Below, piece by piece: positions 21,601-33,779 of a stretch of 64,000 bases of DNA. Within the stretch, counting starts at the first letter, position 1. Every line of letters begins with the position of its first letter. The stretch spans positions 5,456,001 through 5,520,000 of the forward strand of contig NC_091469.1 of NCBI RefSeq assembly GCF_036971445.1. The letters run 5' to 3'. Both the position numbers and the translations under genes were made by a program. The notes under the pieces are model-generated. The model searched no databases. It was not told the DNA's origin and saw only the letters and a list, made by a program, of their open reading frames with translations. The DNA is from Narcine bancroftii. Its lineage: Eukaryota.

Positions 21601-24600
21601 GCCACCCTTCGAGTGACAAAAGTTCATTGTCACTTCACTCCAAATTGTTTTACCCTGTATCTTGAGACTGTCTCCTATCATCCTGGACACCTTACCAGAG
21701 GGAAATATCCTCACTTTTTTTCAGGCTCTTTAATGTGTACATTTCTGTGAAATCTCTCGGCATTCTCAGGTTAATGGCATGTTACCATTTGATGAAAAGT
21801 ATAAACTTGCAATGGTCACTTTTTTGTCAGATTTCTCTATTTGGAAGCTTGCCACTTGCAAATGGTTGACACATTTCCCAGTGTGATAACAATGAATACA
21901 CTTTACAGCAAAGTGTTTTGAGACCTCTCAAGGATGGGAAGGCACAATATAATAATGGATTCTAACAATGCCCATTTCTGGGTGCAGGTTCATAGCAGCA
22001 GCCCACTAGACCTGGCAAGTGAGGAAGTGGATCGTTTGCCCTGTCTGCAGCGACTTCTTGACCTTGGTGCCAATATAAATGGAGTTGACAGGACTGGTCA
22101 GTCATCTTTCCTTTTTTTTTAAATGATGTTTTTTAAACTAACATCCAATAGTTACGTGTCTGTCTTCCTGTGTCAGGAAAATCGGCCTTGCTGCATGCTC
22201 TAGCCAGCAGTGATGGAGTACAGGTGCACAATATAGACAATATCAAACTACTCCTTGAGAGAGGTAGGTTAACATGGTATTCTCTGACATTTACTCCTTT
22301 CCCCTCCTTTGGGCTGCAGATAAGACCAGGATACTGATAAAACATGAATACTATTGCCATGCTTGATATTATTTGAGGTCATCAAGATTATAAAAGACGC
22401 CCACTAAATTTTCTCTGGCATTGGAACTAGAAATTGAGTTGCTCTGAACTACTTGGAGAAGTGTTTTGGAGATTTGTTTTCTGCTTGGGCTCACAAACCC
22501 TAACATTGTATTTTAGAAAACCTGCAAAACCTTAAATATGATGGGATGTAGGTCTGATACTGGAGTTCCTTCTTAAATGCCCCTTACCATTTATGGCTGC
22601 AAAGCTTTGATATGATCCAGTGGTTGTGGGATCACAGGGTTATTTATTGAATTTGAAGTGTTGTAACTGCTGTTGAAAGTGCAGCCACAAATGAGCATGC
22701 AGTGACCCCCCAAAAAAGACAGGGAATGGGAATTCCCAGCAAGATGAGGATTAGACTGGCAGTTAGCAAGGGGATCTTTGAATGGTTAGAGCTGCCCCTT
22801 ACTCATTTGTGTGAGATGTTGCGGGAATAAGAATTTCTGCATATTGCAGACGTGAATTTTCTGCATTTCTGCAGATTTCCATGTTTTTAAAATCTAGTCC
22901 CCATTTTTAAAATCCACCTCCGTGTTTTTAAAACCCACCTCCACACTTTATCAGTGCCCTCCCTCCCCGCTCTGATACCCTCTGCTCATTCCGTGCAATG
23001 ATAGGATCTTGCTCTGCTGATCTTTGGCTGCAGTATAGCAGTGGCAGCGCATCCCCATCTATTCCCCCTCAGTTGCAAAGCGTTTCTGATGTGTGGCAAT
23101 GCCATGCCGTTTATGCCATTGATGCTCCCTTGTGTTTTTACCCATATCTTGAAAACCACGTGTGAAGAAACAATTGGGAAGGAGTAATTGCTTTTCAGGT
23201 TAGTTGAAGAAAAACCCCGAGCAATAGATGAACATCAGTGCAAAGAAATGGTTACGGATTGGGCAGGGCTCTGCATGGCGATTGAGGACAGGCTGGGCAG
23301 GGGCATTACCTGGGGATTGGGTGCAGGGTAGTAGTTACTACTTGGAGATTGGATGCAAGTTGGGCAAGGGCACTGCTTGGCATGCTAGGTGATAGTTATT
23401 GGCAAATACCACTTGGGGTCAGGAGAATCGGGTACTCTGAGCATAGATCAAGCAGGTACTGCCTGGTGATCTGGAAGGGGCTTGGAGTCTGGGTACACAT
23501 GGTAGTGTCAGTCTGATAAACTATGCTCATTGTAAAAAAAAAAACTGATTTTGCTTAAAATTACTAATTTTAATGGCTTGAAACTGATAATTTAGTATGA
23601 ACATTTTCAAATATTTTCCAAATAGGGTGTGATGCCCCCTAATCCCCCTGCAAGGGGTGCTACGCCCCCTTGATCCTGCTGTACACCTCGTGCAAACATT
23701 TGGCTCTTTTCCTCTTTTTTGACCTCACTCACATGCCTGCTATTGAGTCATTTTGAGGATGTAGGACATTATTTCCCAGTCACGTGGGAGAGATCTTAAT
23801 ACTGTTGGGACTGATTAAAGAATTCAAAACAAAAATTCTATTCAGACTGATTTCTATTCTATCAAACTCAGCAAAAAGCAGTACTGGAATTTGAGACCTT
23901 CCAAATATTATTTGTTAAGTACAACTTAAACGGTCAAATTACCTTTGACATATTTTAAGCTTTGGTATATTTCACTGTTTATGTACATTCAGCAAGCTTG
24001 TGCCTAATTCCTGCACTCTATTGATCATGTATCTGCGGTGGCTTTATGGATAGTATGAGGTTTGTCCCAGAGACTTAAGCACATAGACTGACACTGACGT
24101 GAACAGGTGACACCATCAATAGTGCAGGGCTCACACATTTATTTCAGAACCTTTGAAATGAGATGTTGAAGCAAGGGCCCACCTTCTATTTCAGATGGTT
24201 GTAAATTTGTGCTCAAAGAAGAACGGAACTATTTGTCTTGTTGGACTTAAACTCATCCCTCAACCAAGATCACCAAAATGTTAACTGCTCACACTGACGC
24301 TTGTGGGGATTTGCTGTGCAAAAATTTGAGCAAACCTTGCATTACTTCATTACAAATGTCACTACTTTTATTGGTGTAAAGTAGTGTAGATGTTCTGAGC
24401 TGCTGAAGATTCCAATTTGAGTTTGTATTTTTTTATTCTGAAGATTCACACGTTAAAATCCAATGTTTGCCTCTCAGGTGCAGATGTGAAAGCAATCATG
24501 ATGGATGGTGACAATGTCTTCACATTCATTGTCTTTCTTCTGGGTGAGACAGAAGGTAGAGAACAGGAAGAGGCTGAAACCCTCAGGCGCTTTTGCTTGC

Positions 24601-25163
24601 ATATCACCCAGTTGCTGCTTGCCCATTCTGCTAAACCTGATGCTTGTCAACCTGAGGATTCACTCATCTACACTTGTATTAATCAGTATGAAGTCCATCT
24701 TCCCATCATACAAGTTCTCCTGGACTCTGGAGCTTCCAGCCATTGCCCTAACCATGGCCCTTCCTGTTGGTCTGGATTCACACTTCTGTTTGAGAGACTG
24801 CGCATGCTACTAAATGGACCAGAAACTGGAATTACACATCGAGAAGCCTTGCAACGAGCAGGAGTGGCCTTGGAGTTAATGTTGGGCAATACAACACGTC
24901 CCTGGCTGCCTCTAGGCTGGGAAATCAAACCTACAGCCTACTCCATCTACATGGACCAAGTACTGGCATTGTCTCGGCCCCTGAAGCTACTGGAGCTTTC
25001 TCCAGCCTCACTGAAGCATCTGTGCAGGGTGGACATCCGACGACTTCTGAGACCTGTGCCTTTGGATCCTAAAGTGAAAGCCTTGCCTCTGCCAGACCGG
25101 TTGAAGTGGTTTTTGTTGTTGCAAAATGGTAAGAATGAGGAAGAAGATGTGCAACAATCATAA
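18003..25163 (+). CDS. ASB6: Ankyrin repeat and SOCS box protein 6; spliced CDS join(18003..18124,18857..19032,20712..20818,21988..22096,22177..22263,24478..25163), 1287 nt, 428 aa
   Basis: All introns are GT-AG and the phases join into one open frame. The translation matches my recollection of vertebrate ASB6: MPYLHGFRRIIFEYQPLVD, DPVTYYTALHVAVLRNQPDMVELL, SSPLDLASEE, GKSALLHALASSDGVQ, and the C-terminal SOCS box SLKHLCRVDIR...KVKALPLPDRLKWFL. Confidence 0.97.
18622..18648. repeat. (TA)n microsatellite
   Basis: Direct reading of the sequence. Confidence 0.9.
18857..19032 (+). CDS. ASB6: ASB6 coding exon 2
   Basis: Acceptor TTGCAG; translates ...QSPFYEEAISYALFKVAEAGLVIAAEKLLTHGADLNFE; donor G|GTTAGT; 176 nt, phase consistent. 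Confidence 0.95.
19210..19985. mobile_element. Penelope-like inverted pseudo-LTR pair in ASB6 intron
   Basis: Arms 19210-19303 and 19850-19939 are reverse-complementary, including a perfect 17-bp match (19287-19303 vs 19850-19866). Confidence 0.7.
20325..20515. mobile_element. Short Penelope-like inverted pseudo-LTR remnant with hammerhead-like motif
   Basis: GAGAAACTCAGCAGGTCC ... GGACCTTCTGAGTTTCTC inverted arms flanking TTGAGAAAGGGCTCAGGCCTGAAACATTGG. Confidence 0.65.
20712..20818 (+). CDS. ASB6: ASB6 coding exon 3 (ankyrin repeat)
   Basis: Acceptor CAATAG; translates DPVTYYTALHVAVLRNQPDMVELLIRHGADINKRDR; donor CGG|GTAAGG. Confidence 0.96.
21988..22096 (+). CDS. ASB6: ASB6 coding exon 4 (ankyrin repeat)
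   Basis: Acceptor GTGCAG; translates VHSSSPLDLASEEVDRLPCLQRLLDLGANINGVDRT; donor G|GTCAGT; followed by an 80-nt intron. Confidence 0.95.
22177..22263 (+). CDS. ASB6: ASB6 coding exon 5 (ankyrin repeat)
   Basis: Acceptor TGTCAG; translates GKSALLHALASSDGVQVHNIDNIKLLLER; donor G|GTAGGT. Confidence 0.95.
24478..25163 (+). CDS. ASB6: ASB6 last coding exon (ankyrin repeats and SOCS box)
   Basis: Acceptor CTCTCAG; in frame with track ORF 24417..25163; GADVKA...CWSGF...; SOCS box with BC box SLKHLCR and Cul5 box LPLP; TAA stop. Confidence 0.96.
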
Positions 25164-25805
25164 CAGAGGGCAACTTGGTAGTGTTAGAAGGCCAGTCAGT
25201 ATCTGAAGGAGGGTTTTAGATTTCTTCTTTGGGTCAGAAATGAGCAATTTTCAGAACCCAGTGCCATTTTACTACTTGAACAATATTGAGATATGGGACC
25301 ACAATGGAGAAAAGATGTCCCCTGCTAACTTTGACACACATTGCGTCTATAAACCAATTAGTGATGTCCAGATGTGGATATTCCGTACTGTACCATAGCT
25401 TGTACTGGCTGATGTGTTAGACTTTAATTTTTTTAATGAAATCTTAACTTGGATGCTTACGATTTCACTGGAAATTCTAAACTTAATCAAAAAATTCTTA
25501 TGTTGAAGAATTCCCAGGAGGATGCCATTCCATTGTCTTCCAGTCCAAATTAATGTAAATAGGGTATGTGTGGCCAGGTTAAGTGTCCAGTACAAAGAAG
25601 GATAAATTTGTAATCCTACTGTTGGAACAGACTGTCACTCAGTACCAGGACATGGGGCCAATGAGAATTATTGGAGGTCCTGTTTTGTAGTTGAGACACA
25701 CCAGCCCTTTTATTGTTCCTCCTCCATTTAGAGCCTGGTCTGTATTTATTTCCATTCTGGCTAATCTTCAACCAATCACAAAAAGAAGTCAGAATTTTTG
25801 GTGTT

Positions 25806-26092
25806 CTTTTATTTTTTTTTCTTCCGGAGGGCTTTTATTGCAAACGATGAGGGCCGCCAAGATCATGCAAAGACTTTTTTATTTTATTCCCCCAACTTTA
25901 ATGCCTGGAACAAAGAAAGACCCTAGAACCAGGCAGCATTCAAGGAGGAGTTGCTTCGACCCGACACCCTCAAATGTTGCCCCTGCTTTCCCTACTGCTC
26001 CTCAGTGTTGCCACCTGGTTAGAGAAGAGCTCATTCAAATCAAACTTCACTCTCACAGAGAGAGGAGAGAAAAAAAATCACCTTAAAGGGGC
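25806..26092 (-). pseudogene. Retroposed polyadenylated insert (probably a processed 3' UTR fragment), 287 bp
   Basis: 19-bp direct repeat AGTCAGAATTTTTGGTGTT at 25787-25805 and 26093-26111; minus-strand AATAAA at 25834-25839, followed 13 nt later by an A-rich tail abutting the TSD. Confidence 0.75.
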
Positions 26093-28777
26093 AGTCAGAA
26101 TTTTTGGTGTTAATGATATCCTTCTGTACACAAATCAAGACGGTTTATTGCGACACAATTATAGGCTTCTTAACTGCAAACCACATAACTATATGTGGTG
26201 CTTGGCTTTTATATGGCACTCTTCTTTTCCCTCAAACAATCTGCTGTGGCAAAGACTTGAATGGAATTGTCCTTGTAGGTCTCAGTGATTGTTGTATGAC
26301 TGCAGAAGGACTTGAACTTCCCCATTATTTCATTTTTAAGATCCTGGCAAGACATTGTTCTATAGTTCTATCAGGAATGATTTGTACCTATAGCTGTGAT
26401 AGGAGTGAAGTCATCTAGACTCTGATGGGTCTATCTTGCCCATCCTGTGGGTGATGGCGAGCTTAGACAGGCAAAGGATAGTACTTGCCTCTGTCAGCCT
26501 GGATTCTGAAATGAGATGGTTGATGTATGCTGTCATAATTACAGGGTCACCTGTTTGCAATAAGTATGCTTTATAAGTGTAAACACTGCTAAGTGGATTT
26601 GCTTATCTGTTTAGGATAGTGAACATTTGCAAGCTCGATGTCAATGATACATTTCTTTTATGAAGACAAGAATTGGTTAAGTCCTTATGTTGGTGTTTAG
26701 GTGGAGAATGAGTGGGTGATCAGTGGGAACAAAATGTGGTTTTCAAGCCTGTGGCGAGCAATCATTTGCTTCAATGTTTGGGAAAGGGAAGTAAACTATC
26801 CAATGCCATCGATCTTGTGTGTTGAGGATTGCAGATGTAGAGGAAGGTGTGAACATTGGACAGGTGTGTCTTTAGCTCTGGTGGTCGTCTTGGCCCTTTG
26901 CTGAATACAATTGAGGCTTTAGGGTTATCTGGACGATGGGTGGTCCAGATAGTGTACAACTATTGGAAGTATACCCATACAGCTAAGGTAATTCATGATG
27001 ATTTCTGAAGAACTGAGGTAAGGATAACAGATTCTTGGCTGACTTTCCCAGTGAAGGTCTGAAGAGGTATTGTTTGTATGGAATGTGAAATCTGACCCTC
27101 TGGTCTCTTGGGTGAAGACAAGAGACCCCATTTAAACACACACTTTTCATTGTCATGACTCTATTTGTTTATAACTTGCTGCATTTTCATGCTGAGACCA
27201 AGAAATGTGCTCACAGATTGAACCTACTAGATTAATTCTTTCAAGATCCCATTATTGTCATCTAATAATGCAGAAGAAATAATATTACATGAATTTGCCT
27301 TCTGCCTGGCATAAGGCAAAGAGTCACCATTAGTGCTGCCAGTCGCCCCTTAGAGTAAGAGTGTCTGTTGATTTGCCTCTGGTCGCCTTCAGAGACTGTC
27401 TTATCACCCATTGAATCCAGATGAAGTTGCGTTGCCGACACTGTGGAACTACTGTACATTTGGATTCCTTTATCCAGTTGTTCTTTGAGCTTACCAACTT
27501 CCAGATATCTTGAATATCAGCTCATCCGCTGTTTTTAACATTTACATATGTCATAGGAATACTACTCGTCCATGCAATTGCTCTTCTAGCCTAAATGAAG
27601 TCAAGTCAAGTTTATTGTCATCTGATTGTACAATTTCCACCCGATGAACTGGCATTCTCTGGTCCTTGGTGCAAAATAAAAGCAGACATACAATCAGGTA
27701 TAACGCACATACAGACCGACAATATATATGCGGGACAAGTATTTGATCTATACAAATAAATAATTAAATTTTGTTTAATGACTATGAGAGTCTCAGATGG
27801 TTAATGTGAGCTGTTTCTTTGGTGGTTCGGCATTCTCATTGCCCATAGGATCTTAACCAAGAACCAGCACCACATAGCATCAAATGAGGGCAGCCTGGTG
27901 ATTGTGTGGATGCTACCATTGGTTTCTCACAGCCTTCCTTGATAGAAAGAAGGGCCTGAATTGGGCATTTTTCTCCTTTTTGGATTCCTTTGACCAGTGT
28001 TCTCCGAGCTTACCAACTGTTCCACAACTGTTTTTAACATTTACATTACAGCTATTTCCTGCTAACTTGTAACCTTCTACAAGACAAGCAATTCACTGTG
28101 TACCCATATTTCTGGGATTTTGTGCATGCCATATTGCATTGCACTACAATCACTGGTCATTCGTTTGAATCTTTCTCTCCCCAATCATCTCTGCCTCTAT
28201 TTTAAAAAGGTCTGAATACCTAACTGGTCATCCAATATATCCTATTATGTGGAGTGTTATCTATTTTTGTCTTTTGACTACATGTAACTTGACCACTAAG
28301 CTACTGTACCCAATTAGTTCCATCTGTTTGATATATATATAATTGGCCATGGAAGGATCAGAACTGATGAGGTGAATGATTGTATTTGTTGTAAAGTTTT
28401 CTAACACTGCGAAACAGGCTGTAATTTAATTCAATATCTCAATCATTACTTAAAATATGATAAATGGGTTCTTAAGCCTGGAACATCGGTATGTTCATTG
28501 TCATAAGCAAAGAAAAATGGATAAATTAACAATTCTTTGGAGTAATGTTGGAAAGTATAAAGAGAACATTAGGTCAAAATCCAGCTGTAATATCCTTCTG
28601 TTCCAATAAATTAATCCCAGTGAATCTTTGCAGAAACATCACGAAAAAGTTGATACTGAAGATGTTACTGAGGCTAATCCATAGCAAACATGCTGTTGAC
28701 TGGGGAGGATGTTATTCTAGTGTTCCCTGGGTTCAACCTGCCCTTATCACTAATTGTTTCTCTAGTCAAGGAATTCT

Positions 28778-28798
28778 AGAGAGAGAGAGAGAGAGAGA
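28778..28798. repeat. (GA)n microsatellite
   Basis: Direct reading of the sequence. Confidence 0.85.
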
Positions 28799-30204
28799 TG
28801 ATTCCACTGATAGATCTCAATCAAAGACCCATAAACAACCTGTCAAGGAGGAACAGCACTGAAGATTAATCAGAAAACACTTGGATTGCGAAGCCAGTAA
28901 TTTTTTTTTTAGGAAAGAAGCAAAACGAAAGGGAGGTGAGCTTCAGCTGATGCAAGTACCAGTGAAACAAGCTGCTTTCTCCAGTCTATCCAAACACTTA
29001 GATTTTGAGTTTGAGCAACAACATCCATTATGTAGGATTATTACCAAGTAAAGCATTCATCCCAATGCTCTTTCATGCAAAAATTACATGATTGTGAACC
29101 ACTGAATGGAAAATTAAGACCAGTATATAAAGTAACTAAGGAGATTTTTCAAAAAAAGAGGTTTTAGGGAACCCCTTAAGTGAGAGAGACAGAGAGATGT
29201 AGGAAGGAAATTTCTGAGATTAGCATCTTGGACAACTAAAGGAATCTAAGACAACTGAGATGTGGTTGCCGGTGGTGGGGAAAAAGAAGTGGGTAGCCAT
29301 AAATTGGAAATCTAAATTGATCTCAGATGGTTATGAGTCTGAGTCCCATCCTGTCACTGGATTTGTGTCAGATTTGATGTTTGGAATGTGGACATTTAGC
29401 TATTCTCAGCTACATAAACATTTCCATCAGTATTCTTGGTCGGTCAAAGAAAAAGAAAAAAAAAATCTTGCAAGATTTCTTCTTGATATCTATTGAGTAA
29501 CCAGGCAATCACAGTAACTGCTATTGGTGTGTTAGCCACTAAATTTGAATAATCTATTTGTCTCTGGTCACTGATTTATTTTTGCTTTTGGCATTATATG
29601 ATGCATAACGTTTTTGGTGATTATACTTCAGGGCATCCCGAAAGATGATACAGATTTTTTTGGAGGAAGTATAGTCACAACCATTTTTAGTATCTGCCTG
29701 GAGAGGAACGTCAGAGTTGTACAACATGATAAACCCTCCAAGTCTTTGCCAACCATTTAAAATAATCCTACATTAATTCAATTTTATTCTCCTTGCATGC
29801 CCTCAACTCACCCACACTGGCAGCAATCTTGAGTACCCAATTAACCTGTCAGTTTGTTAGTCTTTGGGGTTTGGGCAGAAACTGGAGCACCCGGGTAAAC
29901 CCAGGCAGTCATTTGGGGGCCAGGATTAAACTTGGGTCACTAAAGCTGTGGCATGGCAGCTTTATTAGCTGTGCCACACTTGTGCATGGAACTAAGTCAA
30001 ACCTAAAATGTCTATATGTTGGGTCTGCACACACATTAACAGATGATAGTGAAACCAATGTAAGTAAATTTGGTTAAAGGAAAAAAAAACTCATAGGCAG
30101 AAAACATAGTGGAAGTGAAGGGATTGCTAAAACAAAGGGAGAATCTGTAGTCATGTGAACTAGGACATGTCAACTCTAAGGATCTGATTGTTTCAATGGG
30201 TGTG

Positions 30205-30444
30205 TGTAGAGCTCGTTGAAAGAATCAAAGACTTGTTGATCCAAACCAAGGCTTTTATTAGCAAAAGACAGGAGCTCTTCACAGGTGGCCGACCAGTCCG
30301 GAATGATCCGACCTGGCTAGGGACACAACCCTTTAAGGCCCAGACAATAGGTGTGGCTTAGCTCTCAGCCAATCGCTGTAAGCACAGTCTAGATACAGTA
30401 ACTATATACACTATGTACATTGGTGATAGATCTGTACTATCACA
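30205..30444 (-). mobile_element. Solo LTR (240 bp)
   Basis: TG...CA termini; 5-bp TSD GTGTG at 30200-30204 and 30445-30449; minus-strand AATAAA at 30254-30259. Confidence 0.8.
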
Positions 30445-30699
30445 GTGTGGTCCTGAGACAAACAGGAAGAGTCTACAGCTGGGCTTCAAAATTGAAGTCT
30501 CTGAAGATCCAAGGTTATATTTGGAAAATGCCCATCCTGCCTATATGACATACATTCCAAGGTGAGAATATGTTCAAACTATTTCATCTCTCAGGAGCTT
30601 GATTTTTATTTAAAGTTTCAAATAATTTTCTAGGTCACTATTATTGAAGTTGTGCAGGGGAGTTGTCTCCAGAATCTTGGCCCATACCTATCCATTTAG

Positions 30700-32220
30700 T
30701 TGGAGATACAAAAGACTGCATCAGGAGCGAAAGAATGCAGTGTGCTGGAGGAACTCAGAAGGTCGAGCAGCAACACTGAGGAAAAAAATGATCTGTGTTT
30801 TGGGGAAAGACCAAGACTACAGAGGGAAGAGAGCATAATGAGGATATGAGAGGAAGGAAAGGGAAAGTAGAACACGAAAGTCTGCAGACACCATGGTTGA
30901 AGAAAAAGCACAATGCTGGAGAAACTCAGCAGGTCAGTGTCCTAAAGGACACTGGTAATAGGTGATAGGTGGAGAAGGGAGGGAGAACACAACAGCAAGC
31001 AAGGGGAGGAGGGATGGTTGGGGGTAGGAGAGATGTAAGAGGGGTGGTTGGGAGGAGAGTCAGCAGTAACCAGAAAAATCATGATAATGCCATCTAGCTG
31101 AGAGAAAATCAGGTGTTGATCCTCCAATTTATGAGTGGTCTTGGTGGGACAGTACACAAGGCCATGGACAGACATGTGAGTATGGGAGTGTGACACTGAA
31201 CTGAAATGGTTGGCTACTGGAAGGTCTCTGTCACTGATGCAGACAGAGGGAAGGTGCTCAGCGAAGTGATCTCTCAGTCTCTCTGATGTAGAGAAGGACA
31301 CAAAGGGAGCACTGGATCCAGTAAATGAGTCCTGTGGATACACAAGTGAAGTGTTGCTTCACTTCAAAGGCCTGTTTAAGGCCCCAGACTGTGATGAGGA
31401 AGGAAGTGTGGGTTCAGTGTGGAGGGATGAGTGCATGAGGGAGTCATGGAGAGAGTGGTTCCTACGGAGGGGAAGATGTGTCTGGTGGTGGGATCCTGTT
31501 GTAAGCTGGAAATTGTAGAGCATAATGTGTTCGATGTGGAGGCTGGTGGGGTGGTAGGCAAGGTCAATAGGAATTCTATGTTTGTTGCCTTTGGGGGCAG
31601 AGGGGACCTGGGCTGATGAGTGGGAAATTGAGGCAATGTGGGTCAGGGCTGAGTTTAGGTGGTGGAGGGGAAGCCACGTTCGTAGAATAAGGCAGACATT
31701 TGGAAGATCTGGACTGGAAGACTTCATCTTGGGAAAAGATGCAGCAGACATTGAGAAATTGAGAGAAGGGAATAGAATCCTTGCAGGGGACAGGGTGTGA
31801 GGAAATGTAGTCAAGATAGTGTGGGAGCTTGTGGCTGGAAAGCTTTTCTCCAGAGATGAAGAATGATTTAGAAAGGGGAGAGTGTTGTAGGAGATGGATC
31901 AGGTGAGTTTGAGATTGTGGCTAAAGTTGGCCGCGAAATGAATGAAGTTGACAAGCTCATCATGGGTACGTGAGGCACCCCCAATGTAGTCATCACTTGC
32001 CTGTGTTAGCTTGCAGTATGGATTACTGCACAAAGCCCACAAACAGGCAGGCATAGCTGGGTGGGTTGGACAGGGAATAGGAGGGGGTTGGTGAACCAGG
32101 GAGGAGTGATGTCACCCAGTCTACCACACCGTCCTCAATATATTGCCTAACTTTGTCTGCACTCTCAGCCTTGAAGGTTCTAGCCACTGATGCTGCTCGA
32201 CACGCCAAGTGTTTTGCTTC
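30700..32220 (-). mobile_element. Decayed Penelope-like element (RT thumb and GIY-YIG remnants, pseudo-LTRs)
   Basis: Track ORFs 30942..31343 (RLRDHFAEHL, PVANHF, KLEDQHLIF) and 31359..31814 (RIPIDLAYHPTSLHI) are typical PLE peptides. Confidence 0.8.
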
Positions 32221-32379
32221 TACCTATTGAATGTTGATGGGATCCTAGTGTCAATAAATTAGCGTTGACGTTTCTTATATTCACAATATGTCAATGGAGG
32301 GGACGCATCATTGGCTATTATGGCTTTTGGGACCATTGCGAGGTCTTAGTCTGTGTTTCACGTTAACCACCCCCTTCCA

Positions 32380-32900
32380 GGAAAACGTCGTGGCATCTGC
32401 GCAACCAAATACAAATTGTTGTAATAGTCAGGAGGAAATCTAGATACCATGGTTAAAGTCGCTTGACCATTGCGACATCCAGGCAAAGTATGATGTCACA
32501 AGGACGCGTCGCCATTAGCAACCGGGGCGGGAGCGCGGTGACGTCACGAGGAGACGGCCTCGCTATTGGGACGGGAACCGTGGTGCCCCGCGTGGAGCGG
32601 CCGTTGGCTCAAAGGGAAGGAGTCGCGGAGCCTGCGGCCTCGTGGAGCACTCCGGCGCCCCAGCACCAGGTGTGTGCGGCAGCGCAGGAGTCCCTCCCGG
32701 TGTGGCATGTGGGGGAGGGTGTCGGGGGTCTGCGAGCTAGGAGGTAGATCCCCGGCGGTAAGAGCGGCGAGACTGTCCCCTCCGAGGCCTCCCTCTCCTC
32801 CGGCTCCCTCTCCTCGGAGGCCTCCTTGGTTTCCCCCGGTCCCCTGCGTCCCCCCTTCCCACCTTCCCCAACAGACTGCCCTCGCCACCAGCCGCTCCGT
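32380..32900 (+). promoter_or_regulatory. NTMT1 CpG-island promoter and non-coding exon 1 (donor at 32669/32670)
   Basis: High CpG density; RFX X-box-like GTCGCCATTAGCAAC 32508-32522; GC box 32524-32531; full CRE TGACGTCA 32539-32546; ATTGG 32565-32569; donor CAG|GTGTGT. Confidence 0.75.
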
Positions 32901-33779
32901 TCACCCTCATGCTGCCATTCCTTACTTCCTCCCTTTTTTGGCACATACACTATCTACTCTCTTTCGGGGACCCCGGGTGATTCATCTCCGAGTTGAGAAC
33001 TTGCCCAGCGTAGCCTGCAATGTCCTGGGCTCCAGTGTCGACAGCAGGCTGCGCGCCATTTGTCACCCACAGTTGCTGAGGCACCCAGAATATTCTGGCA
33101 ATGGACGTGTCCCAGGACACTGGTGGCTGCAGATCCCGTCATCCAGTGAATCCTTGCTCGCCGTACAAAAGCAATGTGTTTTCCTTGAGATTTAACGCTC
33201 CACTGCAACCGTGCAATGCTCAGACTTGGTGTTCTTTTAATTCTATAATCTGTGTTCCATGAAATGCAATCAATAACTGACTTGTTCTCTCCCTGTAGCA
33301 ACTTCACAGTTTATTTTTAAAATAGTTAACATTTCTTTATTAATAATTTACGGCAGATCATTTAAAATAACCATTTGGTGGAAAAATACTTTTGTAAACA
33401 TCTGTGAAATGTTTTAACTATTTAACATAATCTGTCAGAAAATTTCATCTCTTATGACCCATCAAAAATACTGATTATGTACTGATTAAGACTGTCATTT
33501 CTTCCATTTTTTTTTTGTGGAAAAATCCTTGTATATTTAAACATTAATCCATTACTTTTACCTATCCTCGCCATTTGTAGACTCTACTCCCCTCTCAGGT
33601 CTGTTCTGCCCATCTCACACCCTTCTACCTCTGCTTCCTCTAGGTGAAAACATTTTCCCAAAGTCTGATGAATCGACAATAAACCAGCTCATCAACTGTT
33701 CGAATGTCACCTTCACAATCAGGCTGTCAGCTGCACTTGTGCATGCTATCTGGAACATAATATCTGTTCTAGTATGGTG

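Noticed and set aside
24417-24477. Start of the 248-aa track ORF as a stand-alone gene
   Set aside because: Intronic sequence in frame with the last ASB6 exon.
32508-32569. MHC-type S-X-Y module
   Set aside because: The X-box and CRE are 16 nt apart rather than adjacent and no S box is evident; treated as a generic motif cluster.
32463-33307. Cluster of 70-209 aa ORFs, Pro/Arg/Gly-rich
   Set aside because: Expected by chance in a CpG island with few stop codons; no recognisable domain.
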